From IMG/VR virus record IMGVR_UViG_3300010883_000002: a stretch of 20,000 bases of DNA; one strand, given 5' to 3'. The notes under the pieces were generated by a model. The model was not told where the DNA came from and searched no databases. It worked only from the letters and a program-made list of their open reading frames with translations. Positions 7,824-15,033 of the stretch are shown piece by piece. Numbering within the stretch: position 1 is the first letter of the stretch; each line of letters starts with the position of its first letter. Position numbers and translations under genes: made by a program. This DNA comes from an uncultured virus (IMG/VR IMGVR_UViG_3300010883_000002) (taxonomy: Duplodnaviria > Heunggongvirae > Uroviricota > Caudoviricetes).

Positions 7824-8879
7824 ATGAGCGGCAAGGATGAATTAAACGACGATTTTGATTTTATTGATCATTATGGTGCGCCAACCGATATAAAGCACGA
7901 AGAGCAGCTTGACGACAATGACGTTCAGTCTGCAATTAATTTTGGCGTAGTCGGTGTCGGCGGTGGTGGAGGGAAGCTTGCAAAAGCTTTTCTTGATCTG
8001 GGGGTTCATAAGACGCTCTTGGTTAATACCACAGAGAAGGATCAGCCAACTGGTGTTCCTGCAAAAAATATGATTGTTGTTCCCGGTGCCGATGGCGTTG
8101 CAAAAGACGCCAAGCTGGGCAAAAAGGTTTTTCAAGAAAACGGCGCAGTGGTTGAAGATGCTTTACGCACAAGGTTCGGAAAAGTAGACTATCTGTTAGT
8201 TTTCGCTGGCGGCGGCGGCGGCACGGGAAGTGCATGTCCAGCGTTGGCTCCGATTTTTGATAGGTATCTAAAGTCTGTTCAAGCCGAAGGGACTACGATA
8301 TTTTTTGTTACATCTCCAACATCTCAAGAGATGTTAAATCAAACAATTAGAGAAAATAGTGCTCAGTTGATGAAGGATGTGGCAGAATACCCACATATTA
8401 TTCTCGATAATGAAAGACAAGCAAAACTGTTAAGAGGTAAGGTGGGAATGCTGAGCTTATTCCCCGTCGCAAATAAAACTTTTACGAAGCTGTTGTTACA
8501 GATTCTTAAGTTAGCTGATGAGCCATCTCCAGTTCAATCTTATGATGGCAAGGACTTGGAACGCTCGCTTAAAACTCCAAAGAGAGCCTTCATTGGCTCT
8601 ACGATTGTGACAGATCCAAATCAACCTAATTTGGGAGCGACGATTTTTCAAAACTGTTTGAATCGATCTCCGTGTCCTACTCCGAAGGGGAAGCCAAAGA
8701 CGGGTTCAATTCTTTTAGTAGTGACTCCAGAAATGGCAGACGATCCAGAGATTAGTAAACACTTAGACGCTGCTATTTCTTATGTTGGTGGTAGAGCAGA
8801 TACTTTGTTTTCTGGCGTATATGTGAGAGATAACTTACCCGGCTTGGTCGCAATCTTAATGTTAAACGGATTAGAATAA
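7824..8879 (+). CDS. FtsZ/tubulin-superfamily GTPase (phage tubulin, PhuZ/TubZ/CetZ-like)
   Basis: T1 loop VVGVGGGGGK, T2 VNTTEKD, T3 DGVAKD, signature T4 loop AGGGGGTGS (Gly run starts at 8208), LDNE, T7-like YDGKDL, followed by an FtsZ-type C-terminal domain. Confidence 0.9.
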   Translation: MSGKDELNDDFDFIDHYGAPTDIKHEEQLDDNDVQSAINFGVVGVGGGGGKLAKAFLDLGVHKTLLVNTTEKDQPTGVPAKNMIVVPGADGVAKDAKLGKKVFQENGAVVEDALRTRFGKVDYLLVFAGGGGGTGSACPALAPIFDRYLKSVQAEGTTIFFVTSPTSQEMLNQTIRENSAQLMKDVAEYPHIILDNERQAKLLRGKVGMLSLFPVANKTFTKLLLQILKLADEPSPVQSYDGKDLERSLKTPKRAFIGSTIVTDPNQPNLGATIFQNCLNRSPCPTPKGKPKTGSILLVVTPEMADDPEISKHLDAAISYVGGRADTLFSGVYVRDNLPGLVAILMLNGLE

Positions 8880-8929
8880 AAATGGAAGATAATTCCGAAC
8901 TCAAAAATAAGGATTTTGTTTTATGATGG

Positions 8930-8939
8930 ACTACTTATT
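8930..8939 (+). promoter_or_regulatory. Putative late-promoter motif ACTACTTATT upstream of scaffold/capsid genes
   Basis: Intergenic variant of the recurring motif; SD AGGAG at 8970-8974 follows. Confidence 0.55.
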
Positions 8940-8981
8940 GAGTGAAGAAGGTTTCAGTACATTCTGGACAGGAGAAATTAA

Positions 8982-10064
8982 ATGTCAACCATGTTAGAAC
9001 AAGCGATTGTTGATGCAGAAGCCCTAAAAGAAGCTGCAATTAAAAATGCCGAGGCTGCTGTAATTGAAAGGTATGCTTCCGATATTAAGGAAGCGGTAGA
9101 ATCACTTTTGGAGGCTCCAGAAGATGAGGAAGACCCGCTTGGCGATCTTGGTGGTGATATGGGCATGGACATGATGGGCGATGAAGGTGGTCTAGAAGAC
9201 ACCCTTCCCGATGTACCTGCTGCTTCTTCTGATGGTGAGGCATTATGTCCTTGTCCCGAAGAGTCTGAGCCTGTTATTGTTGATTTTGATCAGTTGGCTG
9301 CGGCAGTTAGTGCCGAAGAAGAGATGGCTGGAACTGACCAATTGGGCATGGGCGATGATGATGAACTAACTATGGGCGCTCTCGGTGACGAAGACCCCCT
9401 AGCGGCACTCGGTGACGAAGAAGAAGAGGAAGAGATCGAATTAGAAGAAGAGCTTCTTGCAAAGCTTGCAAAGCAAATTGAAGAAGTATTGAGCGTGGAC
9501 GTTGAAAACGTGCCCACGGGTCATATTGGTGGAGTCACCAACCCAGCCGAAGAAGAAGAGCATGAAGATATTAAATATGCCTCGGCAAGAGATGACAAAC
9601 GAAAAGAACTCAGTAAAGATGCTGAGAAAGCAATCAAAGATTTACAAGAAAAGGTTGAGGCACTTCTTAAAAGAAACACCTCCCTAAAAGAAAATCGAGA
9701 CAAGTATCTACAGGTTATTGACTTTTTGAAGAAAAAAGTCACAGAAACGAGCGTTTCAAACGCCAAGTTACTATATACTAACAGAATTTTAAATAGCGGC
9801 TCCTTGAATGAGCGACAAAAACAAAAAGTTGTCGAAGCTATTAACAATGCCAAAACGGTAAAGGAAGCGAAGGTTATTTTTGAAACCCTTCAAAGCGCAG
9901 TGGAGAGTGGACGTACAATTAGTCGGACACCAAAATCACTGAGCGAAGCGGTAGCAAGAAACTCTTCTGGATTTTTACCAAGGCGACAATCACAAGAGGT
10001 TGATCCCGAAGGAAGCGAAATTCGCAGCCGATGGGCAAGACTTGCAGGGATTGAAAAAAGTTAA
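8982..10064 (+). CDS. Prohead core scaffolding protein (T4 gp22-like position and composition)
   Basis: Directly upstream of the capsid gene; highly acidic, coiled-coil, many L/I-x-E sites, C-terminal RWARLAGI. Confidence 0.8.
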   Translation: MSTMLEQAIVDAEALKEAAIKNAEAAVIERYASDIKEAVESLLEAPEDEEDPLGDLGGDMGMDMMGDEGGLEDTLPDVPAASSDGEALCPCPEESEPVIVDFDQLAAAVSAEEEMAGTDQLGMGDDDELTMGALGDEDPLAALGDEEEEEEIELEEELLAKLAKQIEEVLSVDVENVPTGHIGGVTNPAEEEEHEDIKYASARDDKRKELSKDAEKAIKDLQEKVEALLKRNTSLKENRDKYLQVIDFLKKKVTETSVSNAKLLYTNRILNSGSLNERQKQKVVEAINNAKTVKEAKVIFETLQSAVESGRTISRTPKSLSEAVARNSSGFLPRRQSQEVDPEGSEIRSRWARLAGIEKS

Positions 10065-10096
10065 GCTAAACAATCATTCATAGGAGGAATTAAAAA

Positions 10097-12127
10097 ATGG
10101 CTAATATTTTAGAAAGATTAACAGAGGGTATTGTTAATCGCAGTGTCACTAGGGAAGGCGAAGCCTTACTAACAAAGTGGTCGAAGACGGGTCTTCTTGA
10201 AGGTCTGGACGATGATCATGAGCGACAGGCGATGGCAGTGCTACTTGAGAACCAAGCGAAGGAACTTCTTCGTGAGGTTAACAGTCAGGGAACGGGCGGC
10301 GGTGCTGTCCAAGGTTTTGCGGCTGTTGCATTCCCAATCGTGCGCCGAGTATTCGGTGGGCTTTTGGCTAACAAACTTGTTTCGGTTCAGCCGATGAGTT
10401 TGCCATCTGGGTTGATTTTCTTCCTAGATTTCACTCGTACAGACAACCGTGGTGCAGATCGTGTTGGTGAGTCCGTTCATGGACAGGGTGTAGTAGGTTC
10501 TCAGATCACCGATGGTGTTGATATTGGACCTGCCGATTCGGTTGCTGGTCATCCTAGTGAGAAGGGTTTTTATAACTTGTCACAGGGTTACTCGGCTGCT
10601 CGTTCCGGTTTTGCTACAAACCAGACAACTACGGTTGCTGGTATTCAGTTGGCTGATTTGACATTTGCACTTGATGGTACGCAGACTGCTGCTGACCTAT
10701 CAACGGTTCGTTTCGATCCCGATTTGGAGAACGATACGTCCGGTGCTGTAGTTGCATGTGTTAATGTTGACGCAGACAACTTGGGTGTTGTTGTATGTTC
10801 TGCGCCGATTGCAGGCGTAGGTGGACACGAAACTCTTGCTGCTCAAGGTCGTCAGGATCTTGCTCAGTTGAGCCGTAACTCGCTTATGACTCTACAGCTT
10901 GATCAGGGTGGCAACATTGGTGCTACTTATGACCCTGCTAACAATGGTGGCGGTGGTGCTGTAGGTGGCTCCCAGTTGCTTGAAGGTTTCCGAATCGTCA
11001 AGCGTTTAACTGAGGCTACTTGGGGTCCAGCGATTGCTGGCTCACCAAATGGTGAACTGTTGAACCTTCGACTTGTTCTTGTTGAAGTTCTAGGCGGGAC
11101 TTCCGTTGCTGGCGATTCTGCTACCGATGTTACTACTGCCCTTCCCGCTGGTGGTGGCGCTCAAACGCTTGCGCCCGGTGCTGCGGCGGTTGGTGATCAA
11201 CTCACTGGTCGAACCGTTGGTGCTGCTGTTGCTCAGGATTACAGCTTTGCTATCATGGATAACATTGGTGAAGTTGCTGGTGGAATGGGTACGCTACAGG
11301 CTAACCCCTTGTGGGAGCTTGAGTCTACTCTTGCTTCTCCGTTTGCGAATGATGGTATGAACATTCCAGAGATTGACATTAGTGTTGACTCTGTTGCGAT
11401 TACCGCAACCACTCGTAAGCTCAAGGCTAAGTGGACACCAGAGTTGGGACAGGATCTTAATGCCTATCACAACCTTGATGCCGAAGTCGAGCTTACTTCT
11501 GTTCTTTCAGAGCAGATTGCGCTTGAGATTGATCAAGAGATTCTTCATGATCTTCTTTCTGGTGCAACGGCTGGTACTATGTTCTGGTCACGTCAACCCG
11601 GTATCTTTGTTAACCGTGCCACTGGTGCGGATCTAACGGCTGGCGGTGTTGCTGGACCTGACTTCACTGGTACTGTGTCCGAGTGGTACGAAACTCTCAT
11701 TGAAACAGTCAATGATATTTCGGCTCAGATTCATCGCAAGACCCTCAGAGGTGGAGCTAACTTCTTGGTGACAAGCCCCGAAGTTGCGAACATCCTTGAG
11801 TTCACATCTGGTTTCCGTGCAAGCGTAACCCATGATGATGATACTGGTCAGATCGGTGGTTACAAGGATGGTTCCATTAATAAGAAATGGGATCTCTACG
11901 TCGATCCATACTTCCCACGGAATATTATTCTCGTCGGTCGTAAGGGTTCTAGTTTCCTTGAGAGCGGGTATGTGTATTCACCATATGTCCCACTACAGAC
12001 GACTCCAACCATTTTTGGACCGGAAGACTTCACACCTCGCAAGGGCGTGATGACTCGATATGGTAAGAAGATGGTGCGACCCGACATGTATGGTGTCGTA
12101 GTTGTCCGAGATATGGCAAACGGCTAA
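10097..12127 (+). CDS. Major capsid protein (T4 gp23-like) with large insertion
   Basis: KWSKTGLLEG, AVLLENQ, FPIVRRVF, VSVQPMSLPSGLIF, TRKLKAKWTPELGQDLNAYHNLDAEVEL, EIDQEIL, YSPYVPL, FTPRKGVMTRYG. SD AGGAGG at 10082-10087. Confidence 0.97.
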   Translation: MANILERLTEGIVNRSVTREGEALLTKWSKTGLLEGLDDDHERQAMAVLLENQAKELLREVNSQGTGGGAVQGFAAVAFPIVRRVFGGLLANKLVSVQPMSLPSGLIFFLDFTRTDNRGADRVGESVHGQGVVGSQITDGVDIGPADSVAGHPSEKGFYNLSQGYSAARSGFATNQTTTVAGIQLADLTFALDGTQTAADLSTVRFDPDLENDTSGAVVACVNVDADNLGVVVCSAPIAGVGGHETLAAQGRQDLAQLSRNSLMTLQLDQGGNIGATYDPANNGGGGAVGGSQLLEGFRIVKRLTEATWGPAIAGSPNGELLNLRLVLVEVLGGTSVAGDSATDVTTALPAGGGAQTLAPGAAAVGDQLTGRTVGAAVAQDYSFAIMDNIGEVAGGMGTLQANPLWELESTLASPFANDGMNIPEIDISVDSVAITATTRKLKAKWTPELGQDLNAYHNLDAEVELTSVLSEQIALEIDQEILHDLLSGATAGTMFWSRQPGIFVNRATGADLTAGGVAGPDFTGTVSEWYETLIETVNDISAQIHRKTLRGGANFLVTSPEVANILEFTSGFRASVTHDDDTGQIGGYKDGSINKKWDLYVDPYFPRNIILVGRKGSSFLESGYVYSPYVPLQTTPTIFGPEDFTPRKGVMTRYGKKMVRPDMYGVVVVRDMANG

Positions 12128-12153
12128 ACGTAGCTGAGAGTTAAATCTTTATT

Positions 12154-12195
12154 AAACCCCGGTAAGTTTAAAACCTTGCCGGGGTTTTCTTATTT
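12154..12195 (+). terminator. Rho-independent terminator after the capsid gene
   Basis: AAACCCCGGTAAG (12154-12166) / CTTGCCGGGGTTT (12175-12187) stem with one G-U pair, followed by T-rich TCTTATTT. Confidence 0.85.
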
Positions 12196-12200
12196 CTAAA

Positions 12201-12210
12201 ACTATTTATA
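12201..12210 (+). promoter_or_regulatory. Putative late-promoter motif ACTATTTATA upstream of neck genes
   Basis: Lies right after the terminator and before SD AGGAG (12216-12220) and ATG 12230. Confidence 0.7.
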
Positions 12211-12229
12211 GTTGCAGGAGACTAAAATC

Positions 12230-13555
12230 ATGGCAGTGCCCGATTTAACACCAATAAGCCAAACAAGTAGAATTGTTTTACCAGCGACAGGAAGCGTAGC
12301 CAACGTAGATTCGGCAAACGATCCTCTTCCGTTTGGAATTTATACTTCTGTATTTTGGAGCGCAGCACAAGTTGCAAGCTATAGCCAAGGGTCAGCAGAC
12401 CAAGTAACTTATGTTTATAAAAAGTTAGGTGGTGACGTTCTGGATTTGGAGATCACCGAATCACAAGTACATGCAGCTTATGAAGAATCAGTGCTAGAAT
12501 ATTCTTATCTGCTTAATATCCACCAAAGTAAAAACATCTTGTCAAATGTTCTTGGGCAGACAACAGGAAGTTATGATAGTGATGGTGAGATTCTAGGTGC
12601 GCTAGGTGAAGTTCAGCCCGGTGATAATGTTAATTTAATTTATCCGAAGTTTGATTTTGCGTATGCGAGAAGAATTGCTGATGGTATCTCCGAAGAAGTA
12701 AATGTTGGTGGAAACCACACGGTCTACTCAGCCTCTTTTGACGTTGTTGCTGGTCAGCAAGACTATGATTTGCAAAATATTATTAGAGCTAGCTCAGAAT
12801 ACGGAGATGACAACACGGACCCAGATTGGATTCGATCAGTCGGCAACGGAAAAATCCTTATTAAAAAAGTATTCTGGAAGACTCCAAGATCCATGTGGCA
12901 TTTTTATGGAATGCATGGCGGCACTAACGTCATTGGTAATTGGGAAAGTTATGGTCACTATGCCAATGCTTCATTTTTTCATGTTGTTCCAGTGTGGGAA
13001 TCAAAACTCGCCATGTCGGAATTTGAAGATAGACTTTATAATCGGTATTCACATTTTTCATATGAACTAAAGAATCAAAAATTAAGATTGTTTCCAATGC
13101 CAGTTAGCTACCAGCAAGATAAGATGTGGGTTGAGTTTGCAATTCCAGTTGATAACTGGGTGGATGAACCTCTTGATGCAGGAGATGTGCCAAGAGATAT
13201 TGGTTTAGCCGGAATTAATAATATTAATACCATTCCATTTGCCAACCTCCCATACGATAGAATTAATGCAATCGGTAAGCAGTGGATTCGCAGGTTTGCG
13301 TTGTCCCTAGCTAAAGAGATGTTGGGATATACAAGAAGTAAGTTTGCGACGATTCCAATCCCCGGTAATGATATTTCAATGAACGGTGCTGACTTAGTGT
13401 CACAAGCTCAAACAGAACAAGAGGCTCTACGAACAGAACTCAAGGAACTCTTGGACGAGATGACTTACAGTAAGCTTATTGAGGGTGATGCGGATTTGCT
13501 GGAGAATTCAAATAGAATTCAAGGGCAAATTCCAATGCCAATTTTTGTCGGTTAG
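12230..13555 (+). CDS. Neck / head-tail adaptor protein (T4 gp13-like)
   Basis: KLGGDVLDLEITESQVHAAYEES resembles the gp13 N-terminal LG-x-x-x-x-x-x-E-x-T-x-x-Q motif; C-terminal WIRRFALSLAKEMLG...KF...IPG...NG. Start moved to ATG 12230 on SD evidence. Confidence 0.82.
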   Translation: MAVPDLTPISQTSRIVLPATGSVANVDSANDPLPFGIYTSVFWSAAQVASYSQGSADQVTYVYKKLGGDVLDLEITESQVHAAYEESVLEYSYLLNIHQSKNILSNVLGQTTGSYDSDGEILGALGEVQPGDNVNLIYPKFDFAYARRIADGISEEVNVGGNHTVYSASFDVVAGQQDYDLQNIIRASSEYGDDNTDPDWIRSVGNGKILIKKVFWKTPRSMWHFYGMHGGTNVIGNWESYGHYANASFFHVVPVWESKLAMSEFEDRLYNRYSHFSYELKNQKLRLFPMPVSYQQDKMWVEFAIPVDNWVDEPLDAGDVPRDIGLAGINNINTIPFANLPYDRINAIGKQWIRRFALSLAKEMLGYTRSKFATIPIPGNDISMNGADLVSQAQTEQEALRTELKELLDEMTYSKLIEGDADLLENSNRIQGQIPMPIFVG

Positions 13556-13570
13556 TGGGGATTTTAATGA

Positions 13571-14062
13571 ATGGCGAAGAAAAATAAATGGGAACAACCA
13601 GAAGCTCCACCACCTCCCATGTTCATGGGACAAAAGGAAAGGGATCTTGTTAAGCAGGTTAATGACGAACTTATCGAGAGAGTCATTGGGCAAACAATAT
13701 TGTATTATCCAGTGAGCTTTGAGAATTCAAACTATCATGATTTATATGGTGAGGCGATTGAAAAGAATTTTCTGCCACCCATCAGAGTTCATGCTTTGAT
13801 AGAGTGGGAAGGTAGTGAAACTAACACTACTGGATTTACTGTTGATCGAACCTCAAGCATTGTCGTTCATTTTCACAAAAGGCGATTGACAGAAGATCAA
13901 GATTTGTTTGTTCGTGAAGGCGACTTTGTTTTATATGGAAAGAATTATTTTGAGATAGTGACGTTGGGTGAGCCAAGAGAACTATTTGGACAGCCAGATT
14001 TTAGAGTTGAAATTAGTGCGAAGTGCATAAAAGCAAGGGAGGGATTATTTGATGGCAGATGA
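13571..14062 (+). CDS. Neck / head closure protein (T4 gp14-like)
   Basis: ELIERVIGQTILYYP...DLYGEAIEKNF and REGDFV...YFEI resemble gp14-type motifs; synteny after the gp13-like gene. Confidence 0.75.
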   Translation: MAKKNKWEQPEAPPPPMFMGQKERDLVKQVNDELIERVIGQTILYYPVSFENSNYHDLYGEAIEKNFLPPIRVHALIEWEGSETNTTGFTVDRTSSIVVHFHKRRLTEDQDLFVREGDFVLYGKNYFEIVTLGEPRELFGQPDFRVEISAKCIKAREGLFDGR

Positions 14063-14915
14063 GTTGATCACAGCATTGGCAGACCCAACGGCTGCTGGAG
14101 CAGTTAATATTTCTCCTTCTTCGATTGAGAGCATTGATCGAGCTATGCACAACTGGTTGGAAAATCAGATGGATGTTTTTTGTACTACGAATAAAGGGTG
14201 GAAAAAGATTCCTGTGATTTGGGTGTCCGCCGAGAGAGCATATCAGGTTAAAAAAGATAAAGGACTCAGAGATTCCTCCGGTGCGCTCATATTACCAATT
14301 ATATCTTTGAATAGAACTGCTGTCGTTAAGGATGCTGCACGGAAGGGTCCGTATTGGGCTAACATTTCACCACAAGGTGACGAGAGGGGCGGCAGTATCA
14401 CGGTGGCAAGAAGAATTCACCAAGATAAGACTTCAAAGTTTGCGAATGCCGACGCCCAGCGCAGGTACGGAAAGATTAATTTTAAAACTCGGAAGAAGGA
14501 TAAGATTGTTTATCAATATGTCACTTTGCCACAGCCAGTTTACATTGATGTGACATATGAGATTTCTATTTGGACTGAATATCAACAACAAATGAATGAG
14601 TTGGTACACCCCTTTATAACGAAGGGTGGTGGGATTAATTATTTTGTTATGGACCACGAAGATCACAGATATGAAGGGTTCATACAACAAGATTTTTCTC
14701 AAGAGGATTCCGTTGAGGATATGACCGAAGAAGAGCGTAAATATCAAACAAAAATAGAGATTAAAGTTCTCGGAAAATTGCTCGGTGATGGACCCAATCA
14801 AGAACAACCACAAGTTGTCGTCCGAGAGAACGCCGTGGAGTTTAAATTCACCAGAGAACGTGCAGTGCTGGACGACGAACCGGGTGAATGGGATAAAGCA
14901 AAATTCCGTGGTTAA
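14052..14915 (+). CDS. Tail terminator / sheath stabiliser (T4 gp15-like)
   Basis: KIPVIW, ILPIISL and PVYIDVTYEISIWTEYQQQMNELV resemble gp15 motifs; synteny 13-14-15. ATG 14052 follows GGGAGGG. Confidence 0.72.
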   Translation: MADELITALADPTAAGAVNISPSSIESIDRAMHNWLENQMDVFCTTNKGWKKIPVIWVSAERAYQVKKDKGLRDSSGALILPIISLNRTAVVKDAARKGPYWANISPQGDERGGSITVARRIHQDKTSKFANADAQRRYGKINFKTRKKDKIVYQYVTLPQPVYIDVTYEISIWTEYQQQMNELVHPFITKGGGINYFVMDHEDHRYEGFIQQDFSQEDSVEDMTEEERKYQTKIEIKVLGKLLGDGPNQEQPQVVVRENAVEFKFTRERAVLDDEPGEWDKAKFRG

Positions 14916-14940
14916 TTTTCGGGCTTTCGGGTTTCAGCAG

Positions 14941-14950
14941 ACTATTTATT
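14941..14950 (+). promoter_or_regulatory. Putative late-promoter motif ACTATTTATT upstream of the sheath gene
   Basis: Intergenic copy of the recurring motif; SD AAGGAG at 15017-15022. Confidence 0.65.
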
Positions 14951-15033
14951 AGAGAAAAATAGAAGGAATCTTTCACAAGGTTCTGGAACATTTAAAAGCA
15001 ATGTTGCAATTAAGCTAAGGAGAAACATTTAAA

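Noticed and set aside
7824..8879. Interpreting the FtsZ-like gene and rpsU as host chromosome (prophage boundary or contamination)
   Set aside because: Both are co-oriented and tightly flanked by phage head genes, lack dcw or dnaG/rpoD neighbours, and the GTPase lacks the FtsZ C-terminal linker and conserved peptide.
8882..8926. 14-codon ORF MEDNSELKNKDFVL after the tubulin gene
   Set aside because: Very short, no convincing SD, lies in a promoter-bearing intergenic region.
14916..15033. Possible tRNA or structured ncRNA in intergenic gaps
   Set aside because: No cloverleaf or T-loop/D-loop consensus; only short weak stems.
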